Shown: positions 1-8,224 of the stretch, piece by piece
Numbering within the stretch: the first letter of the stretch is position 1
How the letters are laid out: each line of letters starts with the position of its first letter
From: Candidatus Zixiibacteriota bacterium
Lineage (GTDB): Bacteria; Chloroflexota; Limnocylindria; QHBO01
Direction of reading: 5' to 3'
DNA: 64,000 bases
NCBI GenBank assembly: GCA_035687145.1
Contig: DASRYM010000091.1
Coordinates: 9,228 to 73,227, forward strand
The notes under the pieces: model-generated
The model's input: only the letters and a program-made list of their open reading frames with translations
What the model was told of the DNA's origin: nothing
Database searches by the model: none
Translations under genes and position numbers: made by a program

Positions 1-530
1 AGCCTGCCGGCGTCCACCGGCTCGACGTCGGCCACCAGCAGCGGGCCCTCTTCACCGATGACCAGCACGCCACCCCCGGCCGACCCGGTCACGCTCCGCG
101 CGGCACCGCCCGAGGACAGTGCCGCGGCCACCTGCCGCAGCTCCGCGTCGCGGTCCTCCAGCTGCCCACGGAGCTGAACGTTCCAGGCCACCAGCCCCAC
201 GATGGCCGCGGCGGCGACACCCGCGGCCAGGCGCGGGACCCACGCGCGCCGGTACCAGGGCAGGCCGGCTGCCGGGCGCGGGGTCTGCTCCTCACCGATG
301 GAGCTCATGATCCGCGCCCGCAGGCCGGCGCTCGGCGGCATCGGCTCCAGGGCGGCCTCCAGGACGGATCCGGCGCCGATGGCGGCGCGCAGCTCCTCGT
401 GCGGCCGGTCACAGGTCGCCAGGTGTGCGCTCACGGCAGCGGCCTCATCGCGCTCGAGGGCGCCGAGGCCCCAGGCGCCGGCCAGCGCATCGGCCTCGTC
501 GCAGGTGAGGGGGCGCCCGCGCTCGGTCAT
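1..530 (-). CDS. anti-sigma factor (RskA / zf-HC2-like), 3' end runs off the window
   Basis: Absent from the ORF track because there is no stop in the window. The reverse-strand ATG at 530..528 overlaps the sigma-factor stop (ATGA). Hand translation gives MTERGRPLTCDEADALAGAWGLGALERDEAAAVSAHLATCDRPHEEL... This is followed by one hydrophobic span (LAAGVAAAAIVGLVAW) and an extracytoplasmic tail, the usual anti-sigma layout. Confidence 0.6.
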   Translation of the reverse strand, partial: MTERGRPLTCDEADALAGAWGLGALERDEAAAVSAHLATCDRPHEELRAAIGAGSVLEAALEPMPPSAGLRARIMSSIGEEQTPRPAAGLPWYRRAWVPRLAAGVAAAAIVGLVAWNVQLRGQLEDRDAELRQVAAALSSGGAARSVTGSAGGGVLVIGEEGPLLVADVEPVDAGR

Positions 531-1162
531 GGTCCACCCTCCAGATTGGCACGCAGCCGGGCCAGGGCAAGGCGCAGGCGGCTGGCCGCCGTCCCCGGCG
601 AAACCCCGGTCAGCTCCGCCACCTGGCGGTAGGTGTGGCCCCCGAAGTAGGCGAGCTCGACGGCGCGCCGCTGCTCTTCGGACAGCGAGGCAATGGCCGC
701 GCGCAGCGCGTCGCCATCAAGCCGCCGCACGGCGGCCTCCCAGGTCGGGTTCGCGGAGGTCCGCAGCTCGCCGCGCGACTCGATCTCGAACACGTCCTCC
801 GTCGACCGACCGCGGCGGATCCGGTCGATGGCGCGGTTGCGCACGATCGTCAGCAGCCAGGCGCGCAGGCTGCCGCGCTCTCCGTCGAAGCGGTCGATCT
901 TCTGCCATGCCGCCACGAATGCGTCATGCACCACGTCCTCCGCAATTGCGCGATCCTGCACCACCCTGAAGGCGACCGCCATCGCGAGATCCGCGTGGCG
1001 GTCATACAGCTCGCCGACCGCTGAGCGATCTCCGGCGCGAATGCGTCGTGCCAGGTCGCGATCGGGATCGATCATGGCCGGCAGGTACCGCCCCGCACTG
1101 GGGAAACGCTCGGGAGCGCCGCGCGCATCACCGCGCAATGCTACCGATGATGGCGACACCAC
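527..1162 (-). CDS. ECF-type RNA polymerase sigma-70 factor
   Basis: Region 2 is present (DVVHDAFVAAWQKIDRF, RAWLLTIVRNRAIDRIRR). The region 4 HTH is present (YFGGHTYRQVAELTGVSPGTAASRLRLA). The real start may be the ATG at 1075 (MIDPDRDLARRI...). Confidence 0.9.
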   Translation of the reverse strand: MVSPSSVALRGDARGAPERFPSAGRYLPAMIDPDRDLARRIRAGDRSAVGELYDRHADLAMAVAFRVVQDRAIAEDVVHDAFVAAWQKIDRFDGERGSLRAWLLTIVRNRAIDRIRRGRSTEDVFEIESRGELRTSANPTWEAAVRRLDGDALRAAIASLSEEQRRAVELAYFGGHTYRQVAELTGVSPGTAASRLRLALARLRANLEGGP

Positions 1163-1195
1163 CAGCTTGCGACCGCCGCATTGCGGCGGTCGACC

Positions 1196-1352
1196 GCGTT
1201 GGGGAATCTCTCCCGGGATGAGGCTCAGCGGCGCTCGGGCCGCGGGGGCCAGGAATTCCGTGGCTATTGCGCTCCGGGTGAGAGGAATCGGTCAATCCGC
1301 CGTCCACTCAGCGGCTAGGCCTCGCGTGACGAGGGAGACGCCACAAGCGGGC
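1196..1352. repeat. left copy of a ~160-bp diverged direct repeat flanking the DUF4143 ATPase gene
   Basis: Hand-aligned to 2737..2897. The best block is 1281-1314 (agaggaatcggtcaatccgccgtccactcagcgg) versus 2825-2858 (agaggtatcggtcgattcgcggcccggtcagcgg), with 27 of 34 positions identical. The copy contains short hairpins such as cctcg/cgagg. Confidence 0.6.
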
Positions 1353-1370
1353 AATGCGGCGGAGCTCCGC

Positions 1371-2654
1371 CTACGGTCCAAGCAGCACCGCCGGAACGAC
1401 CGCCACGCCATCGGTGCGACGGTACGCCTCGGGGCCCGTGGAGATCACCACCGCGTCGAGCAGGCGATCACCGATCCGCTCGCGAAGCCACTGCACGTGT
1501 CTCACGTCGACATCGCGAATCGTGCGCGCGAGCTTGACCTCCACCGCGACCACCCCCTGGTCGGGCCGCTCGATGATGAAGTCGATCTCGTGATCCCCAC
1601 CGCGGGTGCGGAAGTGGCTGACCCTGGCTTCAGCCACCTGTGCGTACACCCGCAGGTTGAGCCCCACCAAAGACTCGAACAGCGCACCCAGCAGCGACTC
1701 CTGACCGGGGAACAGCCGCATGCCGGATTCGCCGGCCAGCAGCGCGTCTTCATGCACGCCGAGGAGGCGGGCCGCGAGCGCCGGATCGGCCAGCTGGTGC
1801 TTCGGGCCCCCGGCGAGACGTCGAAGGGAGGTTCCGCTCGGCGCCCAGGCCGGGACCGGTTCGATCAGCCACAGCCGCTCGAGGGTGTCCAGGTAGTTGA
1901 GGACCGTCACCTTCGTCGGCTTCTCATCGTGGCCGGCGGTCGCGGCGTCCCGGATCTTCTCGTACGAGACCGTGGTTGAGACGGCGGCGGCGTAGGCCCG
2001 CAGCCATCGACGCAGGGCGGCTGGATTCCGTACCGAACGGCCGCCGAGCTCCTTAAAGTCCCGGTCGATGACCTGGTCGATGTAGCCGTCCAGCTGCGCC
2101 CGGATCGCTCGTGATGGCAGACCACGCAGCCCGGGCAACCCCGACTGAACGATCTCGCGGGCATAGTCGTCGAGGCTCACGCCGGTCTGGCCCTCGACCG
2201 CGGGCCGGCGTCCGGACAGCAGGGTCCGGAGGCTGACCGTGGGCGGTCCAACGCCACGTTCCGCCAGGGACATCGGGCGCATGCGCAGCGACACGATGCG
2301 CCCTGCTCCGGGGTGAACCGGTGCCTCCCTGGGCGCGGCCGATCCGGTCAGGATGAACTGACCGGGCGTGCGATCGGCGTCGACCGCATGTCGGACCGCA
2401 TCCCACGTCTCGGGGAGCACCTGCCACTCGTCAACGAGGACCGGACGATCCCCGACCGCGACCCGGCGCGGGTCCGCCGTCAGGACCGCGCGGGTTTCCG
2501 GCAGGTCCAGGCGGTAGGCGGTGGCTGCACGCTCCATTCCGGTTCTCGTCTTTCCAACCGCCCGCGGGCCCTCCAGCGAGACTGCTGCAACACCGGACAG
2601 CAGCTCGTCGAGCTCGATGTCGACGACGCGGCGCTGGTACGGAAGGTCAGCCAT
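1371..2654 (-). CDS. AAA+ ATPase, AAA_14 + DUF4143 family
   Basis: 427 aa. Walker A-like GPRAVGKT lies near the N-terminus. The overall layout (ELDELL...LEGPRAVGKT ... DEWQ ... C-terminal EIDFIIE...VAVEVK) is typical of DUF4143 ATP-binding proteins. Confidence 0.75.
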   Translation of the reverse strand: MADLPYQRRVVDIELDELLSGVAAVSLEGPRAVGKTRTGMERAATAYRLDLPETRAVLTADPRRVAVGDRPVLVDEWQVLPETWDAVRHAVDADRTPGQFILTGSAAPREAPVHPGAGRIVSLRMRPMSLAERGVGPPTVSLRTLLSGRRPAVEGQTGVSLDDYAREIVQSGLPGLRGLPSRAIRAQLDGYIDQVIDRDFKELGGRSVRNPAALRRWLRAYAAAVSTTVSYEKIRDAATAGHDEKPTKVTVLNYLDTLERLWLIEPVPAWAPSGTSLRRLAGGPKHQLADPALAARLLGVHEDALLAGESGMRLFPGQESLLGALFESLVGLNLRVYAQVAEARVSHFRTRGGDHEIDFIIERPDQGVVAVEVKLARTIRDVDVRHVQWLRERIGDRLLDAVVISTGPEAYRRTDGVAVVPAVLLGP

Positions 2655-2664
2655 GCCGCCGAGA

Positions 2665-2719
2665 ACTATACCATTTGACGCCCTATAACTATACCATTCG
2701 CGGATGGTCTACTATACCA
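2665..2719 (-). promoter_or_regulatory. three TGGTATAGT (extended -10-like) motifs at exact 23-bp spacing upstream of the ATPase gene
   Basis: On the plus strand ACTATACCA occurs at 2665-2673, 2688-2696 and 2711-2719. This is an AT-rich island in a GC-rich genome. The proximal TATAGT hexamer ends 10 nt before the ATG at 2654, which implies a near-leaderless mRNA. Confidence 0.45.
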
Positions 2720-2736
2720 GACGCGGCGTCCGCTCC

Positions 2737-2897
2737 GGTTGGGCCGATACCTCTCCCGTCGAGAGGCGTAGCGGCGGTCGGCGCCCCGGAAGCGGGCGTT
2801 TCGGCTGGTATCTCTCTCCCCGCGAGAGGTATCGGTCGATTCGCGGCCCGGTCAGCGGTTAAACCTCTCCTGACGAGAGATAAGCCACCAAGCGGCA
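2737..2897. repeat. right copy of the ~160-bp diverged direct repeat
   Basis: See 1196..1352. It has three CUCUC...GAGAG-type hairpins (2750-2766, 2809-2831, 2865-2879). It overlaps the last ~15 codons and the stop of the CDS 2852..4021. Confidence 0.6.
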
Positions 2898-4021
2898 ACC
2901 ACCAACCACAACGCCTGGAGCGCGAAGAGGAGCCATGCCGCCGTCGGGGCATCCAGCACCACCCCCACCCAGGTGGCGGCGTGCGAGGCCACCGCGGCGA
3001 TCGCCAGCGCCCGCGGGACGCCGGAAGAGGTCACCAGCAGCAGCACGCCGATCGCCGCCAGCACCGCCTCGTGCTGGTTGGCGTGCGGGATGACCAGCGG
3101 CGTGGCCAGGAAGGCGGCCGCCGCGCCGAGGCACCGCGCGTCGGTGCGCAGCCAGACCCACGCCACCAGCGCCAGGGACAGCAGCGTGCCGGCGGCCACC
3201 AGCCAGCCGCCCACGCCCAGGCGCTCGGCCGCGCCGCGCCAGTTGACCATCTCGTCGACGTGCACGCCCACCGCATCGGTCCCGGCCACGCCGAGCAGGT
3301 GGGCCGGGTAGTCCAGCAGCGCCTGCGGAGAGACCACGACCGCGCTCAGCGCGACCAGCGCCAGAAGCACGACCACCGCGGTGCCGACCGCGCGCGGGTG
3401 CCAGCGGAGGAGCTGCCAGGCGGCCCACATCGGTCCAAGGGTCGGCTTCAGCGCGGACAGGCCCAGCCAGACGCCGGACCGATAGGTGGCGGCGGCCACC
3501 GACAGCGCCAGCAGCCCGGCGACCAGCAGCGTCAGCTGGCCGCGGATGACGGCCATGGCGGTGGGCCATGCGGTGAGGACCAGGAGCGGAGCGAGCAGGG
3601 GATTCCACGCCGCCGCCAGCCGGGACGTGCCCGCGGCCAGCACAACCACCCCCAGGAGGGTGAAGACCGCGAACCCAACGCCCAGCGGCAGCGCGCCCAG
3701 GGGTGCCACCAAGGCGGCGAACCAGGGCGGCGAGTTGTAGGGCAGCGCCCCGCGCTCGAAGGACGGCTCCTCGCCGATCAGCTCGCGCTGCTCGGAGGCC
3801 TGGCAGTCGACGTCGTAGAGGCAGTCGCCCCGGCCCTCGAGGACCAGGCGCGCCGCCACGTGGTAGGTCATGTAGTCGGACCGCTCGACCGCGCGGAAAT
3901 TGCCGAGCAGGATGCCGCCGACGAACACCGCCGCCACCAGGCCCGCCACCAGGGCGTAGGCGCCGAGCAGGCGGGTGGGCGTCATCGGCCCGGTGGGCGT
4001 CATCGGTCCTGTGGGCGTCAT
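2852..4021 (-). CDS. polytopic membrane protein, DUF2029 / GT87-like glycosyltransferase
   Basis: This is the real part of track ORF 2852..4615. It has many TM spans. The N-terminal loop motif SDYMTYHVAARLVLEGRGDCLY matches the D..Y..A...G..Y signature of DUF2029 proteins. The start ATG at 4021 overlaps the upstream stop (ATGA). Alternative in-frame ATGs lie at 4003 and 3985. Confidence 0.6.
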   Translation of the reverse strand: MTPTGPMTPTGPMTPTRLLGAYALVAGLVAAVFVGGILLGNFRAVERSDYMTYHVAARLVLEGRGDCLYDVDCQASEQRELIGEEPSFERGALPYNSPPWFAALVAPLGALPLGVGFAVFTLLGVVVLAAGTSRLAAAWNPLLAPLLVLTAWPTAMAVIRGQLTLLVAGLLALSVAAATYRSGVWLGLSALKPTLGPMWAAWQLLRWHPRAVGTAVVVLLALVALSAVVVSPQALLDYPAHLLGVAGTDAVGVHVDEMVNWRGAAERLGVGGWLVAAGTLLSLALVAWVWLRTDARCLGAAAAFLATPLVIPHANQHEAVLAAIGVLLLVTSSGVPRALAIAAVASHAATWVGVVLDAPTAAWLLFALQALWLVVAAWWLISRQERFNR

Positions 4022-4029
4022 CGGTCCTG
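3976..4029. repeat. 3 x 18-bp perfect or near-perfect tandem repeat at a gene junction
   Basis: tgggcgtcatcgg(c/t)cc(g/t)g occurs three times. On the reverse strand it is ATGACGCCCACAGGACCG, which encodes (MTPTGP)x3. Confidence 0.9.
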
Positions 4030-4863
4030 TGGGCGCGTGCGCAGCGGGATGGGCGCCGAGAGCACCAGGGCCAGGTTGACGAGCAGGACGCGGGGAAGGG
4101 CGGCCAGCTGCAGGCAGACCGCCAGGAGCCAGCCGTAGCGGGAATCGGCCCAGCGGTAGGCGGCCACCCCCACCAGGAGCGCGCCGCCCAACCACAGCAC
4201 CGGATGGATGGCGCGCAGTCCGAAGCCCTGTTGCCCGAAGGGCGAGGCCAGCTCCTGGTTCAGGTAGAAGTCCACGAACTGTGGCAGCCAGGGCGCCTGG
4301 ATCAACGCCAGCCCCACCAGGGCGGCCGCGTACCAGCCGAGCGCCGCCCAGTCCCGCCGCCCGATGTACCAGGCCACGCCCAGCACCGGGTGCAGCTTGA
4401 GCATGGTGGCCACCGCCAGGGCCACGGCGCCGGCCCGCCGGTAGAGGGGCACCAGGGCCAGGAGCAGCATGAGCACCGGCTGAACGTTGCCGTTCAGCAG
4501 CGGCTGTCCCCAGGCCCCACCCAGGACGATCACCGGCAGCAGGTAGGCCGGCCCGCCGGCGCGCACGCCGATCAGGAAGGTCGCCAGCGTGGCGAGCGCC
4601 AGCAGCGCGTACCACAGCGGTGGCCAGCCGAGGACCGGGATGAGCATGGCCAGCAGTGGAGGGTATCGGTACTGGAAGACGTAGGGCAGCTCGGCTGCGG
4701 AGGCGTAGGGGTTGCCCTGCTCCAGCAGGTCACGGCCGGCACGCTGGTAGACGGCCAGGTCGGCACCGATGAAGGTGCTCGGCGCCAGGAAGGCGATCAG
4801 CGCCAGACCCAGCAGCCCGTAGAGCACCAGGACCGCGGTGACGGCGACTCGGGATCCGGCCAC
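4018..4863 (-). CDS. polytopic membrane protein, DUF2029 / GT87-like glycosyltransferase (short)
   Basis: Only the C-terminal ~282 codons of track ORF 4018..6375 look like a real protein (VAGSRVAVTAVLVLYGLLGL...ADLAVYQRAGRDLLEQGNPY..., multiple TM spans). The proposed GTG start is at 4863. The upstream part of that ORF is an R/G/H/Q-rich antisense shadow. Confidence 0.55.
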   Translation of the reverse strand: MAGSRVAVTAVLVLYGLLGLALIAFLAPSTFIGADLAVYQRAGRDLLEQGNPYASAAELPYVFQYRYPPLLAMLIPVLGWPPLWYALLALATLATFLIGVRAGGPAYLLPVIVLGGAWGQPLLNGNVQPVLMLLLALVPLYRRAGAVALAVATMLKLHPVLGVAWYIGRRDWAALGWYAAALVGLALIQAPWLPQFVDFYLNQELASPFGQQGFGLRAIHPVLWLGGALLVGVAAYRWADSRYGWLLAVCLQLAALPRVLLVNLALVLSAPIPLRTRPQDR

Positions 4864-4953
4864 GGCGGCGAGGCTAGCAGAGGTGGGCGGGGCGACCGGC
4901 GGTACTTCGGGGTGGTGACGCGACGCACAACCGCCCCCGTAGACTTCGGCACC

Positions 4954-6483
4954 GTGACCGAGCGCACGCAGCCCCCCGGCGGCGTGGCCGCCGCAACGGC
5001 CGCCGTCATCGGCTTCTTCGTGGCCGCCGTCTTCCCGCGCGCCACCTGGCCGCTGATCGACGGCGACGTGTGGTGGCACATCCGTGCCGGCGAGGAGGTT
5101 CTGCGGACCGGCGCCGTGCCACGAATGGACACCTGGAGCATCGCCGGGGCGGGGCGCGAATGGACCAGCCAGGACTGGCTGGCGAACGTCATCCTGGCCC
5201 TGGGCGAGAACGCCGGCCCGTGGGGGTACACCGCGCTGTCGGTGCTCTTCGGCGCGCTGACGGTCCTCGCCTTCTGGATCCTGTGGCGGGCCGTCGCGCT
5301 GCGCTACCCGCAGGCCGGCTGGGCGAGCCGGGTGGTCTGGCTGGCCATCGGCCTGACCCTGGCCGGACCGGTCATGGGCGTGCGGGTCCAGGTGCTGGAC
5401 CTCCTGCTGGCCACGGTCGTCATCTGGACCTGCTGGCGCTACCTGGTCGACCCGCGACGCCGCTGGCTGGTGCTGCTGCCGCTGACCGCCGCCATCTGGG
5501 CCAACCTCCACGCCGGCTGGGTCCTGCTCTTCCTGCTGGGCGGCGCGGTCCTGGTGGGAGAGGCGATCGACCGCCTCCTGCGCCGGCGCCTGGTCGGGCC
5601 GCCACCGCTGACCTGGACGCAGCTGCGTGACCTGGCCGCGGCGCTGGTGGTGTCGGCGGCGGCCCTCGTGGTCAACCCGAACGGGATCGACCTGTACGGC
5701 TACCCGTTCATGACGGTCGGCATCACCGCGTTGAACCGATACGTCCTGGAGTGGTTCCCGGCCAGCCTGGACACCCTGTTCGGCTGGCTGCTGCTCGGGT
5801 TCGTGGTGGTGGGCGTGCTGCCCACCCTGGTCTTCGGCCGGGCGCGGCTGCGGACCAGCGACGCCTTCATCATCGTGGGGGTCACGATCATGGCGTGGCA
5901 GGCCATCCGCTTCCTGCTGATCGCCGGGCCGATCGGTGCGGCGGTGGCGGCGGTGGTGCTCTCGCCGGTGATCTCCGCGACGCGCCCGGGGCGGCGGGTG
6001 TCGCCGATCCTGGCCCGCCTCGCCCGCCCGCGGCAGGGGTCGCTGGCGAGCTTCAACCGCGTGCTGACCGGGCTGCTGGTGGTCATCGGCCTGGGGGTGG
6101 CCCTGCTGCGCGTCAACCCCGCCGCCCAGGCGCAGGAGATCGCGCGCGGGCTGCCGGTGGCTGCCGTGCGCTGGATGGACGAGCACGACCCGGGCGACCG
6201 CATCTTCAACAGGTACGAGTGGGGCGGCTACATCGGCCAGCACCGGCCGGATGAACCGATCTTCATGGACGGCCGGGCCGATGTCTACGGCGACGAGCTG
6301 CTCCAGATGTACGTGTCCGTGATCGGGGTGCAGGGCGACCCGCAGGAGATCTTCGATCGCTACGAGATCGACCACGTGCTGATCCCGCCCGACTGGGACC
6401 TGGCCGGCTGGCTGGACGCCTCGTCCGCCTGGGAGCGCGTCTACGCCGATGAGGTGGCGGTCATCTGGGTGCGCGCCTCGTGA
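4954..6483 (+). CDS. polytopic membrane protein, GT-C-like putative glycosyltransferase; paralog of 8225..9673
   Basis: This is the real C-terminal part of track ORF 3703..6483. Motifs DGDVWWHIRAG, AAIWANLHAGW and NRYEWGGYIGQ...MDGRADVYG are shared with the 8225..9673 product. It has about 10 or more TM spans plus a soluble C-terminal domain. The start is uncertain (GTG 4954 or 4984). Confidence 0.6.
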   Translation: MTERTQPPGGVAAATAAVIGFFVAAVFPRATWPLIDGDVWWHIRAGEEVLRTGAVPRMDTWSIAGAGREWTSQDWLANVILALGENAGPWGYTALSVLFGALTVLAFWILWRAVALRYPQAGWASRVVWLAIGLTLAGPVMGVRVQVLDLLLATVVIWTCWRYLVDPRRRWLVLLPLTAAIWANLHAGWVLLFLLGGAVLVGEAIDRLLRRRLVGPPPLTWTQLRDLAAALVVSAAALVVNPNGIDLYGYPFMTVGITALNRYVLEWFPASLDTLFGWLLLGFVVVGVLPTLVFGRARLRTSDAFIIVGVTIMAWQAIRFLLIAGPIGAAVAAVVLSPVISATRPGRRVSPILARLARPRQGSLASFNRVLTGLLVVIGLGVALLRVNPAAQAQEIARGLPVAAVRWMDEHDPGDRIFNRYEWGGYIGQHRPDEPIFMDGRADVYGDELLQMYVSVIGVQGDPQEIFDRYEIDHVLIPPDWDLAGWLDASSAWERVYADEVAVIWVRAS

Positions 6484-8054
6484 AGCGCGACCTGCTGTGG
6501 CTGACCGCGCTGGCCCTGGTCGCCAGGTCGGTGGCGGCTCTGCTGGTGCCGCACCCGCCCTACACCGATCCCGCCTACTACGTCCTGGTGGCCGACCGCC
6601 TGGCCGATGGCTTCGGCTTCACGGTCCCGGTGCTGTGGTCCTTCCTGGAGGTGGGTGGGTCGTTGCCTTCGTCGCCGGCCCTGCCGGTGGCGTCCAACGG
6701 CCACTGGATGCCGATGACCTCGCTGCTGTCGGTGCCCTTCATCTGGGCGCTGGAGCCGGTGATCGGAGCGTGGAGGGCCGCGCAGGTCCCGTTCGTGATC
6801 CTGTCGACGGCGCTGGTGCCCTTCACCTACTGGGTGGGCTGGGAACTGTGGCGCTCGCGGTTGGTGGCGCGGATGGCCGGGATCCTGGCGGTGCTGGCCG
6901 GCCCGTTCCTCATCTACTACCCGCAGGTCAACAACATCGCGGCCTTCGGTGCGTTCGGTGCCGGCGCGGTGTGGTGCTGCATCCGCTCGGTCTCGTCCAC
7001 CTCGCCGGGGTGGCTGCCGGGCGCCGGCGTGCTGGCCGGGCTGGCGACGCTGACCCGCGTGGACGGGTTGCTGCTGGCGGTGCCGATCCTGGTGGCCTGG
7101 TGGCTCGGGCGGCGGTCCGCGGTTCCGTTGCTCCTCGCCGCACTCGCCTTCGTGGTGGTCATGGCGCCGTGGCTGGTGCGCAACCTGGCGGTTTTCGGGT
7201 CGCCCTTCCCCTCGGCGGGCGGCCACACCCTGTGGATCACCACCTACAACCAGCAGTTCTCGATCCTTGCTGATCCGTCGGTGGCCTCCCACCTGGCTGC
7301 CGGCCTGGGGACCGTGGTCGGCGCCCGCCTGGCCACCTGGGTGGAGCTGGCCGGCCGCGTCACCGTGCTGCTGGGCGGCATCTTCGTGCTGCCGTTCGTC
7401 TACGGGCTGTGGGTCGAGCGCCGGCGCAGTGAGCTGGCGCCGTTCGTCGCCTACTTCGCCACCGTCTTCGTGGTGATGGGGCTGGTCTTCACCTTCCACG
7501 CCCCGCACGGCGCCTTCTACCACTCCGCCGGCGCGTGGCTGCCGTTCGCGCTGCCGCTGGCGGTGGCCTCCGTCCCCGGCCTGGCCGATGCGGCCGGGCG
7601 CTGGTGGCGGTTCCTGCGGCGGCCCGCGACACATCGGTTCCTGCTGGTGGCCGGAGTGGTGGGAGCGGCGGTGCTGTCACTGGCCGGCTCGGCCGTGGTG
7701 TACCGGGGATGGGCCGTCTCGCAGGCGCGGCTGGAGTCGGCGGCCGGCTTTCTGGCCTCCGCGGCCGAGCCGGGCGACCGGGTCATGGCCTACGACCCGG
7801 CACGGCTGTACGAGCTGGTCCCGCTGGAGGGCGTGCCGCCCCCGTTCGACCCCTTCGCGGTGGTGGACCGGGTCGTCGACGCCTACGACGTGCGCTGGGT
7901 GGTGGTGACCCTGGCCGCCGATGACGAGCGCGACCCACTGGGTCTCTGGGACGGGGCTGCGGGCCGGGACATCCGCGGGGAGGCTCCTTCGTTTCTGCCC
8001 TCGTTGCCGACCTTCGAGGCGCCCGGCGTGCGCGTGTACGAGGTGGGGGAGTAG
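6480..8054 (+). CDS. GT-C glycosyltransferase, ArnT/PMT_2 (GT39/GT83-like)
   Basis: 524 aa. The N-terminal loop motif PPYTDPAYYVLVADRLADGFGF is followed by many TM spans and a soluble C-terminal domain. The GTG start overlaps the upstream stop (GTGA). Confidence 0.65.
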   Translation: MKRDLLWLTALALVARSVAALLVPHPPYTDPAYYVLVADRLADGFGFTVPVLWSFLEVGGSLPSSPALPVASNGHWMPMTSLLSVPFIWALEPVIGAWRAAQVPFVILSTALVPFTYWVGWELWRSRLVARMAGILAVLAGPFLIYYPQVNNIAAFGAFGAGAVWCCIRSVSSTSPGWLPGAGVLAGLATLTRVDGLLLAVPILVAWWLGRRSAVPLLLAALAFVVVMAPWLVRNLAVFGSPFPSAGGHTLWITTYNQQFSILADPSVASHLAAGLGTVVGARLATWVELAGRVTVLLGGIFVLPFVYGLWVERRRSELAPFVAYFATVFVVMGLVFTFHAPHGAFYHSAGAWLPFALPLAVASVPGLADAAGRWWRFLRRPATHRFLLVAGVVGAAVLSLAGSAVVYRGWAVSQARLESAAGFLASAAEPGDRVMAYDPARLYELVPLEGVPPPFDPFAVVDRVVDAYDVRWVVVTLAADDERDPLGLWDGAAGRDIRGEAPSFLPSLPTFEAPGVRVYEVGE

Positions 8055-8224
8055 CTCGGCCGTGCCGGACCCGTCGGCGGCCGAGCCCGTCCCGGCCGGA
8101 GCCGCCGGCGTCCGGGCCGCGCACTAGCAGACGATATATCACAAACGATATAACCGCTGACAGCGCGGAGGACGTCCGCCCGGCGCTGCTGCGCAACCCG
8201 ACCGGTCGGCGGCCGAGCCGCGCG

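Noticed and set aside
3976-4029. Possible CRISPR-like or minisatellite array
   Set aside because: There are only three contiguous 18-bp units with no spacers. They lie inside or between coding sequences, so this is a coding tandem repeat and not CRISPR.
2675-4138. 487-aa plus-strand ORF
   Set aside because: It has an R/G/H/Q/D-rich low-complexity translation with no domain. It lies fully antisense to the membrane-protein gene 2852..4021. It is a typical high-GC shadow ORF.
4864-6375. Upstream two-thirds of the 785-aa reverse ORF 4018..6375, and likewise the first ~417 codons of 3703..6483
   Set aside because: These parts are Arg/Gly/His/Pro-rich nonsense-like sequence antisense to real membrane-protein genes. 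Only the hydrophobic segment with conserved motifs was kept in each case.
6441-7634. 397-aa reverse ORF antisense to the GT39-like gene
   Set aside because: It has a shadow-ORF composition (Q/R/H/G/P-rich). The plus-strand frame has a coherent polytopic membrane protein.
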